From positions 1 to 60,263 of the IMG/VR virus record IMGVR_UViG_3300039002_000009: a stretch of 60,263 nucleotides of DNA. One strand, 5' to 3'. Positions 18,328 through 29,294 of the stretch are shown piece by piece; positions within the stretch are counted from its first letter, which is position 1; each line of letters starts with the position of its first letter. The DNA comes from a virus. Taxonomy: Duplodnaviria; Caudoviricetes. A program made the translations under genes and the position numbers. The notes beneath the pieces were generated by a model. It made no database searches, was not told the origin of the DNA, and worked only from the letters and a program-made list of their open reading frames with translations.

Positions 18328-19605
18328 ATGCCCCGCAAAATCCTTGTAGTCTCGCATTTCGGCGCAGTTGGTGAACTGTGCCAGAGACTCATGGCTGAGG
18401 GTAATCAAGTCAAATTTCACATCAAGGACAAGCCGTCGAAAGACATCAACGATGGACTCATCGCTAAAGTCCCCAATTGGGAACGATGGGTTGACTGGTC
18501 TGATCTCATTATTTTTGATGATACCAACTTTGGAAAGACCATCGACGAGCTTCGAGCGAATGGCAAGGCTGTGGTGGGAGGTTGTCCTTACACGGACAAG
18601 CTGGAGATGGACCGGGGTTTCGGGCAGGAAGAAATGCGACGAGTGGGAATGAATGTCCTGCCTGACTGGTCCTTCAAGAACCTCGATGAAGCCATCAAAT
18701 TCGTACAGCAGAATCCTGGACGTTATGTTGCGAAGCCATCTGGGACCGCTCAGGACGAGAAGGCGTTAACGTACGTGGGGAAGATGGACGATGGGTCAGA
18801 TGTCGTGGCTACGTTGGAGAACTACAAGAAGAAGTGGTCAGGGAAAATCCATGAGATTCAGATCCAAACGTTCGCCAAGGGCGTGGAAGTAGCCATTGGT
18901 GGGTTCTTCAATGGCAAAGAATTCATCCAGCCTATGTTCGTCAATTTTGAATACAAGAAGCTGATGGATGGAGACCTAGGTCCAAATTGCGGCGAAGCCG
19001 GGACGACATCATTCTGGTCTGATCGATCGCGTCTCTTTAAGGAAACGCTCAAGAAGATGGAGGCCCCTCTCGCGGAATATGGTTATACAGGCTACTTCGA
19101 TGTGAATACGATCTGCAATAAGGATGGGTGCTGGCCATTGGAGTTCACGCCGCGTTTTGGTTATCCAACTATCTGGCTCCAGGTAGATTCGATCAACTCT
19201 CCCCTTGGGGATTTCTTTGAGGCGGTTGCTACAGGTAAGAAATTCCATCTCGATACCGAGAGCGGGTTCCAGCTTGCGGTGGTTGGCGCGGTCCATCCTT
19301 ATCCTTTCGAAGATCCCGTAGCATTCACGAAGTATGCAAGCGAGAAGACAATCCAGTTCAAGGATCCCACAATGGATGGGATCTATCTCTCTGATGTGAA
19401 GCTCGTGGGAGACGAATGGAAACTTGCTGGTAATTCTGGGTATCTCGTCATCTGTGTAGGCAAGGGCCATACGATCGAAGAGGCGAAAGAGGAAGCCTAC
19501 AAACGTATCAAGACGGTTCAGGTCCCTGATCTTTTCTATCGAACAGACATCGGGTGCCACTGGTTAAAGGATAGAGACAAGCTTCAAAGCTGGGGATGGA
19601 TTTGA
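18328..19605 (+). CDS. PurD (GAR synthetase)-like ATP-grasp ligase
   Basis: KLEMDR.FG, YVAKPSG, EYKKLMDGDLGPNCGEAG, LEFTPRFGYP and FYRTDIG align with PurD motifs. Confidence 0.85.
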   Translation: MPRKILVVSHFGAVGELCQRLMAEGNQVKFHIKDKPSKDINDGLIAKVPNWERWVDWSDLIIFDDTNFGKTIDELRANGKAVVGGCPYTDKLEMDRGFGQEEMRRVGMNVLPDWSFKNLDEAIKFVQQNPGRYVAKPSGTAQDEKALTYVGKMDDGSDVVATLENYKKKWSGKIHEIQIQTFAKGVEVAIGGFFNGKEFIQPMFVNFEYKKLMDGDLGPNCGEAGTTSFWSDRSRLFKETLKKMEAPLAEYGYTGYFDVNTICNKDGCWPLEFTPRFGYPTIWLQVDSINSPLGDFFEAVATGKKFHLDTESGFQLAVVGAVHPYPFEDPVAFTKYASEKTIQFKDPTMDGIYLSDVKLVGDEWKLAGNSGYLVICVGKGHTIEEAKEEAYKRIKTVQVPDLFYRTDIGCHWLKDRDKLQSWGWI

Positions 19606-19847
19606 TGAGCACACTTGCCGATCTTCGAGAAGAAGTCCGACAACTCCTTGGGCCAGGCGTTTACGATCGTTTCTTGCCCAGTGGTAGCACGCGATGGGTA
19701 GATGATGCTTTGAACTTAGCTTGTTCTCATACGTGTGAACTTCTTGGCCTGACTCGTATCGAAGCTCTCGTGGCCGTGACGAATAAGCAAGCCGCTGCGC
19801 CTTCAGACGCCATCAGCATTGTGAGTGCGAGGAGGACCGATGGGTAA
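19605..19847 (+). CDS. adaptor-like protein, N-terminal half
   Basis: TLADLREEVRQLL...DDALNLA...PSDAISI. Confidence 0.6.
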   Translation: MSTLADLREEVRQLLGPGVYDRFLPSGSTRWVDDALNLACSHTCELLGLTRIEALVAVTNKQAAAPSDAISIVSARRTDG

Positions 19848-20217
19848 GATACTCTATCAATCCACTCTTGACATCGAGGACCAGAAGAACCTCAATTGGA
19901 GATCCAATACGGGTGAACCTAATGCGTGGATTCCTGTCAGCGGTAAGCTCATCCTCCTCAATGGCATCCCCTCCACGGGGCAAGTTGTCATCGGCTATAT
20001 CCAGGAACCGGTGCAGATGGTAAACGATACCGACACACCGGATTCCCGTATCCCTGAATTTGTTCATCAGTATCTGAAATACGCGGCTGTCGCTTTCCTG
20101 AAACAGCAGGCAGGTCAGACACAAGATCTGAAGATGGCTTCTGAAATGTACGCCAAGTTTACGACTGGACTTGGCCTTGGACCGATGGGATTGGCGTCAC
20201 GTGATGTCAAGAGGTAA
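19840..20217 (+). CDS. adaptor-like protein, C-terminal half
   Basis: NWRSNTGEP.AW...Y...P......D.P..RIPEFVHQYLKYAA, GGAGG RBS. Confidence 0.6.
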   Translation: MGKILYQSTLDIEDQKNLNWRSNTGEPNAWIPVSGKLILLNGIPSTGQVVIGYIQEPVQMVNDTDTPDSRIPEFVHQYLKYAAVAFLKQQAGQTQDLKMASEMYAKFTTGLGLGPMGLASRDVKR

Positions 20218-20222
20218 TCCAC

Positions 20223-20507
20223 ATGCAGTATTCGGATATCAAGCTGAAGACCCTTGAATTGGTCGGCGATATCGCCGAAGGGTCAAGCGCGTATAGTCCG
20301 GAACTGGTGGCCAAAGCAGCTCAATGGTCTCAGGAGCAGGCATGTCAACTTCTGGGACTTTCCTATATCGAGGGGATCACTGGCCTCACGGGTGTGACAT
20401 ATGCGGCAGGAGAAACGGGCGTGGGAGTTCTGGTCCCGGCTGATGCGATCAAGGTGACGAGAATCCAACTCTGGGATAGTTCGATGATTGACTTGGTAGG
20501 GGGTTAA
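20223..20507 (+). CDS. paralog of 19605-19847 with a TGxTG insertion
   Basis: CQLLGLSYIEG vs CELLGLTRIEA, and PADAIKV vs PSDAISI. Confidence 0.6.
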   Translation: MQYSDIKLKTLELVGDIAEGSSAYSPELVAKAAQWSQEQACQLLGLSYIEGITGLTGVTYAAGETGVGVLVPADAIKVTRIQLWDSSMIDLVGG

Positions 20508-20508
20508 G

Positions 20509-21243
20509 ATGGCGACGACTCTATATGGATGGACCTGGGTGGGAGATGATCAGCCTACTACCGGGGTTCTCCCAACTCAGGAATGGCGTCAACCGACTAC
20601 AGGGGATTGCTTTGTCCGAGATACAGCGAATGCAAATTGGATCTTTGTGGGGAATGTTGGTTCCCGTCTGTATGGCGCGGTCGAAGTTGCTGGATCCACA
20701 GTAACGGGGCCTCTCGTTGATGTTCCCAATTTGCTTCCGACAAACAATCCGGATGCTACGGGCAATATCCGGCAGGAGGGGTTTTCTGTCGCACTTTTAA
20801 AGGATCTTGCCGATCTAGAGAAACGATTCAACAACCGAATCAACGAAGCGGTGGCTGAAGCGTTTTTGAGTAATACCAAGCTCAGTGCGGTGGCTGCGAA
20901 CATTGCGGTTTACGCTCAGATACTTACACCTTCCGTATATCAACTGCTGAATTCGGGCGTGTCGGTTCCTCTCCCCACATTCCAGTCGGATGGGACGAAG
21001 GCTACAAAGGACCAGCTTGTTGCTTACGGGGCTGCACTAGCCGGATGGAACATGCAGATCTTTGGCGCCGGAATTGGGTTCAATTTTCAATTGAAGTTGT
21101 ACGAAACGGTTCCGGGAACACTAGGATCGGGGGGTTCCGTGGGATCCATGCTTTACCTGCTTGATTATGTGGCCAGTGCGAGCATCCCGTCTGATCAAAG
21201 TGAAATTTCTCCAATATTTGCATTTTCAATCGCAGTGAGGTAA
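20509..21243 (+). CDS. virion structural protein (short fibre/appendage-like)
   Basis: 244 aa in the tail module, with a short coiled coil. Confidence 0.6.
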   Translation: MATTLYGWTWVGDDQPTTGVLPTQEWRQPTTGDCFVRDTANANWIFVGNVGSRLYGAVEVAGSTVTGPLVDVPNLLPTNNPDATGNIRQEGFSVALLKDLADLEKRFNNRINEAVAEAFLSNTKLSAVAANIAVYAQILTPSVYQLLNSGVSVPLPTFQSDGTKATKDQLVAYGAALAGWNMQIFGAGIGFNFQLKLYETVPGTLGSGGSVGSMLYLLDYVASASIPSDQSEISPIFAFSIAVR

Positions 21244-21246
21244 GCC

Positions 21247-24099
21247 GTGAAGACGTTCCGGGTCTCTGTGGCAGGCGGCATTGATGCGGTCACCGATCTT
21301 GCGATGGGTGATAACAAACATGTCGTCTACATGGAGAACCTTGATGTTCGCGGCGGGGTGGCGAGGCCCTTCAACCTCCCTAAGATCAACCCCAATGTGA
21401 CGGTCCCAGACGGATCAGTTCAAGTCTTCTCTTACCGGGGTAGGCTGATCTTCAGCACGAAGCGACGGAACTACACGGCAGAATTCACGAATAGCCACGA
21501 GATCATCTACTGGACAGAGTACGGTGGAAATCCTATGAAGATGGTGGATGGGATCGCCGTATCGCTTGGTATCCCCAATCCGTCATCTGCTCCAATTGTG
21601 GCAATCGGGAATGCGGTTGCCCCAACAAATATCCAGATTGCTATCACAGTCGGCACTCCGGGGGCGTCGATACCGAAGAATACACAGGTATCATTCAGGC
21701 TTGCTTATCGAACAGCATTGGGCGTGTTCCCGGCGAGCGGCGCCATCACGACAACAACATCACAGGATAATTCTGGGATCACTCTTAGTTGGGGGAATCC
21801 CTCTTTAGATATCCCCGCCTTAGAGACACTCATTTTCATAGGAACAGGGAACAAAGATGAGAGGTACCTGACCTCCATCCCTGCCAAGCGCCAGACATTC
21901 GCTTATCTATCTCCCATGGCCGCATCGGGCGAGATGGCTACTCTTTATGACCAGACGGCACAATATCAATATTCCACAACATGGCTTCGTGATGTTGATG
22001 GGGTTCAGAATGAGAGCGGGCCTTCGTCGCTTTCTGCGGCTATCCAGGCTTTCTATGCAAGGCATGTAACAATTGATCCTTGGTTTGAGGGGTTCCTCGA
22101 CTCTCCTAATTTGGTGACATGGACAACGCCTAATCAGCCAACATTCGAATTCATTGCAGGGTCAGAATTGTCTGGGTCTGGATCCGATAAGGCGATTTCT
22201 GTGTCATCCATCGTTGTTGATACGGATACCGGTAGGGTCCTATGCACGTTCGCCACTCCTCATTATTTTTGCAATGGTGAAAGAATTTTGATTGTTGGGT
22301 GTTCTCCGGACCCATTCGAAGGATTACCGGTTGAGATTCAGGTTGAGGATGGCCAATTCACTTCTTGCTATCTTGTCGTAGGGACATCATTCGCGGCACC
22401 AGGGGCTTCCTTGGTTGGAGTCTCCGCTTATCGTGTCATGAGTGTCGGGATCGTTTCTATGGCTTACAGCTCTACGGTCGGAGCGATTGTCGTAACGGCT
22501 GATCGTAAGCATACATTCGGCGCGGAACGAGTTCTCTTCCAAGGGTTGAAAGATCCTAATTGGAGTGATCAACAAATTGATGTCTTCCCGGACATCGAAA
22601 ACGCTTATCGCTTTTATGTCAAAGAGAGGGCTATGCCTTCTGGCCTCACGGGAAATACTGGTATCACCGGCGCCATGGCTAGCAGAGCGCTGACGGCGAT
22701 CAACTATGCCACGACAGGCGCGACAGGGACATTGCCCGTCATTGATGACATTTTGTACTTCAATATGTCTACTACGGGGGCCACGGGAGCGGTCATCAAG
22801 ACAGCCTACGCTGTTCTGGCGGCACCCCAGAATGCTCTTTTGGTCAATGCATCCATCCCTGGTGCAACGGCCTCGGGAGGGCCTGTCTATAATAGCGGCA
22901 TCCAATTCATCCCTCACAATGACTACATCACGCGCCGTCGAATCTACCGCATTGGTGGGACTGAACTGGCTCAGCTCGTGAAGGAACTCAAACTTGACGA
23001 TTTATCTTTCCTTGATGCTATTCCAGATGCGGGGCTTGGGCAGGTCATTCCAACTTTGTTTACACAGGACGATATAGATGTTGTTGTAAATCCTGCCCCA
23101 TTTGGATTGGCTGGGCTCACTCAACATTATGCGATAGGGTTCGGGTGGGACCCTGCGAGCAATCGGCTCCGAGTGTCGCTCACGAACAACCTTGATGCAT
23201 GGCCCCCTGAAATCTATTTCGATTTTGACCATCGCATTCTTGCTCTGAAATCATTTAACCAGGCGCTTTGTGTCTTCTGTGAGGATGGAGTCTATCGCGT
23301 TGATGGAACATCTCCGACCGCACTCATGCTCCACAAAACGAAAGCCGCTCCATGCCGAGCGGGAGGAAGCGTTCAGTTTCTGAACAATAGCCTGATCTAT
23401 CTCAGTGACGAAGGACTAATGGCCTTCGACGGGAATGAATCGCAATGCCTCACAGACCTTAAGATTCCTCCTGATTTCTGGCTAGGCAATTCCAGATATC
23501 TCGACAATCGGGATCCCGGTGAATATCTTGTCCCATTCGTTCAGAATTCTGCATTCGAACGGTTGAGAGGAAACGATCTTCCTAGCGTGACCCCTCGGTG
23601 TCTGATGCCTTATCTCGCGCAGCATGGCGTTGCACAGAACGGGATTAGATCCTTCGTGCGATATGGGAAATATTTCCTTTATTGGGCCGGGGATTATCCT
23701 CAGTATGCAGCTCAGACGATGATCTGTGTAGATTTCTCAGCGGAGGGTTCTCCAATCTCCGTTATCGGCATCAAGGCGATGGACGCTTTTGTGGATGAAT
23801 TAGAGCAGGTCCATATGATTCTGAGCCACCCTTCTAAGTCGATCACTTGGGATTGCCCTGCCACCCTACATTCGCCAGATAACCTAGGAACGTTATTTGT
23901 TACCGTGACAGGGGGGGGTACGTTCCACTGGACTATTGATAGTCCTGGACCAGACTATACATTCCTCGCTGACCCGGACGGGAATCCAACCATGACCGTC
24001 GGTTATTATAATAAAAGCATGAACTATCATTTCAATCTCTCATGTCTTGTGGATGGTATAACCCTATTAACACAGAATGTTGAGGTTCAATATCCATGA
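21247..24099 (+). CDS. tail nozzle/stabilisation-like protein
   Basis: 950 aa, [16 protein letters not shown] and NNLDAWP plus beta-propeller-like C-terminal blades. Confidence 0.7.
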   Translation: MKTFRVSVAGGIDAVTDLAMGDNKHVVYMENLDVRGGVARPFNLPKINPNVTVPDGSVQVFSYRGRLIFSTKRRNYTAEFTNSHEIIYWTEYGGNPMKMVDGIAVSLGIPNPSSAPIVAIGNAVAPTNIQIAITVGTPGASIPKNTQVSFRLAYRTALGVFPASGAITTTTSQDNSGITLSWGNPSLDIPALETLIFIGTGNKDERYLTSIPAKRQTFAYLSPMAASGEMATLYDQTAQYQYSTTWLRDVDGVQNESGPSSLSAAIQAFYARHVTIDPWFEGFLDSPNLVTWTTPNQPTFEFIAGSELSGSGSDKAISVSSIVVDTDTGRVLCTFATPHYFCNGERILIVGCSPDPFEGLPVEIQVEDGQFTSCYLVVGTSFAAPGASLVGVSAYRVMSVGIVSMAYSSTVGAIVVTADRKHTFGAERVLFQGLKDPNWSDQQIDVFPDIENAYRFYVKERAMPSGLTGNTGITGAMASRALTAINYATTGATGTLPVIDDILYFNMSTTGATGAVIKTAYAVLAAPQNALLVNASIPGATASGGPVYNSGIQFIPHNDYITRRRIYRIGGTELAQLVKELKLDDLSFLDAIPDAGLGQVIPTLFTQDDIDVVVNPAPFGLAGLTQHYAIGFGWDPASNRLRVSLTNNLDAWPPEIYFDFDHRILALKSFNQALCVFCEDGVYRVDGTSPTALMLHKTKAAPCRAGGSVQFLNNSLIYLSDEGLMAFDGNESQCLTDLKIPPDFWLGNSRYLDNRDPGEYLVPFVQNSAFERLRGNDLPSVTPRCLMPYLAQHGVAQNGIRSFVRYGKYFLYWAGDYPQYAAQTMICVDFSAEGSPISVIGIKAMDAFVDELEQVHMILSHPSKSITWDCPATLHSPDNLGTLFVTVTGGGTFHWTIDSPGPDYTFLADPDGNPTMTVGYYNKSMNYHFNLSCLVDGITLLTQNVEVQYP

Positions 24100-27000
24100 A
24101 GTTTCCTGTCCCAACTGGCAACACTGTTGAGGAGCTTCAGCGATGCTTCCAGCAGCTTGCCATGTACATGAAACAGCACGTTTCATCGGCAACGCAGGCG
24201 GTCCAGCAGGCAACTACACAAGCGATTCAGTCGTCGGGTGCAGGATCTGCATCATCGATTCCAGGTCCCCGTGGGCTAGCGGCTACGATTGAGATCGGGA
24301 ATGTGACAGGCGGAACGGCGCCAAGTGTGGTCAACTCTGGGACTAATACAGATGCGATTTTTGACTTCGTACTCCAAATTGGAGACACTGGCCCTACTGG
24401 ACCAACCGGTGCGACTGGCCCTCAAGGTGTCACTGGGGCTACTGGATCCCAGGGGGATACCGGCGCTCAGGGCATAACCGGTGATACAGGACCTCAGGGT
24501 GCTGCAGGACCATCTGGTCCTCAAGGCCCAACGGGTGCAACAGGTTCCCAGGGAATCCAGGGCTCGGTTGGGCCAACAGGAGCAACTGGGTCTCAGGGAG
24601 ACCAGGGCATCCAAGGCATCCAGGGCGTTGCTGGACCTACGGGTGCTACGGGTAGCACCGGTCCTCAGGGACCATCGGGATCAACTGGAGTACAGGGGCC
24701 TGTCGGACCTCAGGGTATTCAAGGGTTCCAGGGGATGACTGGCCTTCAGGGACCAACTGGCGCGACTGGACCCCAAGGACCTACTGGTCTTCAGGGTCCT
24801 CCGGGAGTGACTGGACCTACTGGTGATACGGGCGCGGTCGGCGCTCAAGGAGCTATAGGCCCTCAAGGTCCTCAGGGTAACGCGGGGGCTACAGGGGCTC
24901 AGGGGCTGACTGGTTCCACAGGCCCCCAAGGGGCTCAAGGTCCCCAGGGTGTACCAGGGGCAACGGGTGCTCAGGGGCTTCAAGGCATTCAAGGCATTCA
25001 AGGCCCTACTGGACCAACCGGTGCGACTGGAGCCCAGGGATCACAAGGGGCTCAGGGTCCCCAGGGATTACAGGGGATCCAAGGAGTTCAAGGCCCGGCA
25101 GGGACTAATGGGAACACGGGTGCAACTGGCCCACAGGGGCCAGCCGGTCCTCAAGGCCCAACGGGTGCAACTGGGCCGGCTGGTCCGACGCTTTCAGGAC
25201 CGGGGAATCAAGTCGTCGCCACGCCTGATGGTTCTACTGGAGCATCGGGGCTGCGTTCTCTTGTTGCGAATGATATTCCTTTACTTACCACGTCTAAGAT
25301 TAGTGATCTTGTTCCCTCGCCGACGCTTGGAATCTATACAGGATTTTCGGATACTTCGGCACCTGAGATTAGCTATGATTCCACGGCTCAGAAGATCACA
25401 CTTTCAGGAACGTTCACGGCTTATTACAAGGGTGTGTTGGTCCCCGCCATCACCAATGGATATGTGAGTCCGGCACACACGAATACGGCGGGGCATGACT
25501 ATTGGCTCTACTACGATGGCGTATCGATCCAATGGGGAACCGATACGTTCCCAGGTTTCGACAAGCTTCTGATCGCATTCGTGCATTATGGAGCAACCGA
25601 TAAATTTGGGTGCCGAGAGCCTCATGGGTGTGCTTATCCTTGGCCTTCTCACCAGGAAGATCACCGAAAGATTGGAACCTATCGCCAGTCTGGAGGTTCT
25701 CTTTCTGGCTATGTTTTGGCGAGCACGACCGCTGCGGATCGCAGACCAGCCGTATCCGCGTGCGTTATCTATGACGAGGACATCCCGACGACCAATGGGG
25801 CACTGGCGGCTGGGACCTACTCGCAGCTATACCTGACAACGTCTGGAATTACAACTTCAGCACTGGGCGCTTCCGACATCATCCCCTTGTCGGGGAGCAA
25901 TCCGTACTATAATCAGTTCTCAAGCCCCAACTGGGTCCAGACGCTTATGCCCGCGAATTCGGTTGCGTCTGTGTGGCTCATCGCTATCCCAGTTGCTTCT
26001 GATGCGACGAGCCAGGCATATCGGTTTGTCTGGCTTCAGCCCCAGTGGATCACGCAAGCACAGAATTCATCCTCTGGTGCTTTAGCAACCGCCTTGGCGA
26101 ATGAACTCCAAACCACGACAGCTTCTTTGAACTTTGGAGACTTATTCGCATCCGTCCCCGAATATATTGCGATTGAACGAATTGTTGTCCAGTATACAGG
26201 TGGTAATTGGACGATCGTTAACGTATCGGATTTGACGGGGTCACGGACTAATGTTGTACAGTCCCCTGGGGGGATCTGGCTATCGTCCGTGACAACGGAT
26301 TCGACTCTTACAGGGAGCGGTACTCCTGCGAGCCCCCTCGGCGTGAGTAGCACCATCGCTACAGATTATGGCATCGCGAAGATCCATCAACTTTCAACAG
26401 ACCCCGACATCACCATAGATGCCAATTCTCAAAGGATTGTCTATGGCCAAAGCATCATTGAGGGGAATGAGGTTATTTACGGGCAAGAGATCATCTATGG
26501 CAACCCTGAAGTTCCTGTGGATTTAACTGATTTATCAATCTCATTGGGTGCAGATGGGATAACACATAATTACAAATATATAAATGTAAGCACTAAATCA
26601 TTCACTTGCACCATAAATATACTTACGAACGGTATAGATGGATCAAGTGCTGGGGTTCCTGTAATTTCCACTTTCTATGATATTTATGTAGCGCGCAAAT
26701 TATCAGATGGGGTTGTCCATGGGACGGTCTTCCAGAGAGGGAATGTAGTTAATTTCCCCAATGGGTATGGCGCACCTAAATATATTGGTACGTGTGTAAC
26801 CAGATCTGATGCTAGTTATTTGATCCCAATGCGATGGAATGGAAGACATGCAGAATATGTAATGGATAATTCCATTATAACATCATGGCTAGTGATTGCT
26901 TCAGGTAACGTTGGCACAACCGCAGGCGTATTCGCATCTATCGCGGGGCTTGCCCCAACCGATGCGGCGCGGTATCACGTTGTAGGATATGCTCCTAGTG

Positions 27001-27191
27001 GTTATATTACAGATGTATTTACTAATACACTGGTCGGGTCACGAATTGGACGAGCATTTGGTGCTCTTTCTGTCAATGGCTGGGAAGCCTTCTGGGTCAA
27101 TAATAATGACTCGGGGATTTACTGGGGATCCAATAATTCAGGATGTTGGGTTGCTATATTAGGATGGGAAGACAATGACGTTATTTTATAG
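24096..27191 (+). CDS. collagen-like tail fibre
   Basis: About 90 Gly-X-Y triplets, followed by globular domains. Confidence 0.9.
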   Translation: MKFPVPTGNTVEELQRCFQQLAMYMKQHVSSATQAVQQATTQAIQSSGAGSASSIPGPRGLAATIEIGNVTGGTAPSVVNSGTNTDAIFDFVLQIGDTGPTGPTGATGPQGVTGATGSQGDTGAQGITGDTGPQGAAGPSGPQGPTGATGSQGIQGSVGPTGATGSQGDQGIQGIQGVAGPTGATGSTGPQGPSGSTGVQGPVGPQGIQGFQGMTGLQGPTGATGPQGPTGLQGPPGVTGPTGDTGAVGAQGAIGPQGPQGNAGATGAQGLTGSTGPQGAQGPQGVPGATGAQGLQGIQGIQGPTGPTGATGAQGSQGAQGPQGLQGIQGVQGPAGTNGNTGATGPQGPAGPQGPTGATGPAGPTLSGPGNQVVATPDGSTGASGLRSLVANDIPLLTTSKISDLVPSPTLGIYTGFSDTSAPEISYDSTAQKITLSGTFTAYYKGVLVPAITNGYVSPAHTNTAGHDYWLYYDGVSIQWGTDTFPGFDKLLIAFVHYGATDKFGCREPHGCAYPWPSHQEDHRKIGTYRQSGGSLSGYVLASTTAADRRPAVSACVIYDEDIPTTNGALAAGTYSQLYLTTSGITTSALGASDIIPLSGSNPYYNQFSSPNWVQTLMPANSVASVWLIAIPVASDATSQAYRFVWLQPQWITQAQNSSSGALATALANELQTTTASLNFGDLFASVPEYIAIERIVVQYTGGNWTIVNVSDLTGSRTNVVQSPGGIWLSSVTTDSTLTGSGTPASPLGVSSTIATDYGIAKIHQLSTDPDITIDANSQRIVYGQSIIEGNEVIYGQEIIYGNPEVPVDLTDLSISLGADGITHNYKYINVSTKSFTCTINILTNGIDGSSAGVPVISTFYDIYVARKLSDGVVHGTVFQRGNVVNFPNGYGAPKYIGTCVTRSDASYLIPMRWNGRHAEYVMDNSIITSWLVIASGNVGTTAGVFASIAGLAPTDAARYHVVGYAPSGYITDVFTNTLVGSRIGRAFGALSVNGWEAFWVNNNDSGIYWGSNNSGCWVAILGWEDNDVIL
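24381..25190 (+). repeat. collagen Gly-X-Y repeat region (GPT/GAT/GPQ)
   Basis: Directly visible 9-nt periodicity. Confidence 0.95.
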
Positions 27192-27197
27192 GAGTTT

Positions 27198-28004
27198 GTG
27201 ATGGCTACTCCAAATCTTAATCCAAATGGGACATTATTCCAGATCAATGGTAACGGTTCATCGGGCGGAATAGGGACGCTTCAGTGGCCAAATACCGCTA
27301 GTGCTTATACTTGGACTCTTCCGCTTTATACCGGAACACTGCTCGTCAATACGGGCTACCAGATTCCGGCTTTAGTGACGAACGGCGGCGTCCAAACGAT
27401 CGTTTTACCTAACAGCGCAAGCAGCTACACATACACCTTCCCGGCGGCAACCGGAACGGTTCTGCTGAATGTGAGTGGGGCTTTCTCGGTCTCAGTAGCG
27501 GCGGGGGGCACGCATACAGTGCAATTCCCGGCGACGGCATCTAGTTACACCTACACGTTCCCGGCTGTATCGGGGACTAATCTGAACACTGGCAGCGCCA
27601 CAAATAGCTTTACGCCATCGAATCCAGCTGCGACGACCTCCGCTACTGCCGTCATGATGGGGTTAGGGTCTACCATTGCCTTCACGCCCAACCAGTCCAC
27701 TAGGCTTTTGATTATCATTTCTGGCCAGATGGGGAATACGGTGGCGGGCGATGTCGTAACGGCCCAGTTGCGTTACGGAACAGGCACGGCCCCGGCTAAT
27801 GGAGTGGCGGTGACTGGAACGCAGATCGCTGGCTCCCAAACGATTACATCTGTCTCCGCCGGCCAAAGGTCTGGCCTTTGTCTTACCTGCATTCTCCCGG
27901 GTCTATCTATCGGGACTGCTTATTGGTTTGATCTCGCTTTAAATATCACCACGGGAGGATCGGGTAGCGTTACCGGCGTGAACTGTTCTATTGCGGAGAT
28001 ATAG
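27198..28004 (+). CDS. Thr/Gly-rich fibre-like structural protein
   Basis: Three internal repeats of P..AS.YT.T.P..(T/S)GT. Confidence 0.7.
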   Translation: MMATPNLNPNGTLFQINGNGSSGGIGTLQWPNTASAYTWTLPLYTGTLLVNTGYQIPALVTNGGVQTIVLPNSASSYTYTFPAATGTVLLNVSGAFSVSVAAGGTHTVQFPATASSYTYTFPAVSGTNLNTGSATNSFTPSNPAATTSATAVMMGLGSTIAFTPNQSTRLLIIISGQMGNTVAGDVVTAQLRYGTGTAPANGVAVTGTQIAGSQTITSVSAGQRSGLCLTCILPGLSIGTAYWFDLALNITTGGSGSVTGVNCSIAEI

Positions 28005-28063
28005 CCTACCTATAGCACCGGAGAGGGGAATCAACGATCATTTAGGAGAGGAGGAATGCGAAT

Positions 28064-28357
28064 ATGAATATAGCCAGTGATCGCCGAAAGTTACAGTTCT
28101 ATAACCTCATTGTCCCCATCTTAATCACCGCGCTGGGATTCGTCTTCTCGGTCTGCACATATGTGGTGGTCAATAAGATCGGGGAGCTCGGGGACAAAGT
28201 GGAATCACTCGTGGATAAGGTGGCGGATCTCAATGCCACACTCCAGCGTCAGGCAGAACATCAGGCTCAAACAGATCTCAAGATCTCTGATCTCCAGAAG
28301 CAGGATCAATGGCTTCTTGACTACATCAATAAGCAGTGCCAGCAACGGAGGCGTTAG
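28064..28357 (+). CDS. single-TM coiled-coil protein (holin/antiholin-like)
   Basis: N-terminal TM and coiled coil, before the lysin. Confidence 0.6.
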   Translation: MNIASDRRKLQFYNLIVPILITALGFVFSVCTYVVVNKIGELGDKVESLVDKVADLNATLQRQAEHQAQTDLKISDLQKQDQWLLDYINKQCQQRRR

Positions 28358-28554
28358 TGAATACTCCCTATAAAATCCCTAAGAAGCCGAAGGCCAAACC
28401 CAGGCCGAAGGCCAAACCCAGGCCGAAGGCCAAACCCCGGCCAAGGATGCCGAAGCGCCCGAAGCCTGTCCCTAAACCCAAATCACCCGTTCCGTCTTCT
28501 CCACAGAAGCCGATCAAAAGAGACCTCTATGGTGAAGACCAGATCATGACCTAG
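28357..28554 (+). CDS. Lys/Pro-rich small basic protein with three 18-nt repeats
   Basis: PKAKPR x3, DNA unit GCCGAAGGCCAAACCCAG at 28386-28439. Confidence 0.55.
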   Translation: MNTPYKIPKKPKAKPRPKAKPRPKAKPRPRMPKRPKPVPKPKSPVPSSPQKPIKRDLYGEDQIMT

Positions 28555-28562
28555 GAGGTCAT

Positions 28563-29003
28563 ATGGCCGATAACCTCACCTATCAGCAGTCCACAGGGAT
28601 CATGTCCCTCGGGAGTGTCGTCGTCTCACGGGGATGGGCAGGGAATGACTGCTATCCCGGCGTGAACGATAATCATATCCATGGGAAGAATAACCCTGAT
28701 GCCCAGAACATCCACAGTATCGGCCCTCTTCCGCAAGGGTGGTATACCCTCTCCGGGTTCACAGACCCCGAGTTCGGTGAACAGCCTGTGTGGGGACATC
28801 ATCATCGCCTTGGTCAGATGGTGGCCTTCCTCCAACCCGATGCGGACAACGAAATGTTTGGTCGCGCTGGGTTCTATATTCACGGTCCCTCCATGAATCC
28901 TGACTTATATGGTCAGGAATCCGAAGGGTGTGTTGTTCAGCCTCATGATCAGCGGCAGGCAACGAAGGACACCGGTGTCCTCCGTCTTCAGGTCATCGCT
29001 TAA
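28563..29003 (+). CDS. Tlde1/DUF2778 L,D-transpeptidase-like protein, probable endolysin
   Basis: IGPLPQGWY, GRAGFYIHG and SEGCV motifs, inside the lysis cassette. Confidence 0.8.
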   Translation: MADNLTYQQSTGIMSLGSVVVSRGWAGNDCYPGVNDNHIHGKNNPDAQNIHSIGPLPQGWYTLSGFTDPEFGEQPVWGHHHRLGQMVAFLQPDADNEMFGRAGFYIHGPSMNPDLYGQESEGCVVQPHDQRQATKDTGVLRLQVIA

Positions 29004-29294
29004 ATGTGCGACTCAACTCTGAAGATCCCTACTTGGAAAATCTTTACGAATGGCCTTATAGCCATGAGCAAGGATGTTTCGTCCCTTATGAGGAATTGGC
29101 GCGGAGACTGGAGTTGGGGAAGGACCTGCGCGGTGGTCGCCCTCGTGAAAGCGTGGATGTTGAGCAATTCGGCAACCCCTAATGTGCCCCTTGTGGCTCT
29201 TTGGATCAGTGTGGCGACGGCCAGCTACGGGACGAACAAGGTCACCGAGATGGTATGTGCTAGGACAACGGTTCAATCGGGAGATAACCAATGA
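29004..29294 (+). CDS. holin-like membrane protein
   Basis: WSWGR followed by two hydrophobic segments. Confidence 0.6.
   Translation: MCDSTLKIPTWKIFTNGLIAMSKDVSSLMRNWRGDWSWGRTCAVVALVKAWMLSNSATPNVPLVALWISVATASYGTNKVTEMVCARTTVQSGDNQ

Noticed and set aside
18328-19605. PurZ / Z-genome system
   Set aside because: The protein is PurD-like (ATP-grasp), not PurA-like, and no DatZ, MazZ or DNA polymerase is present.
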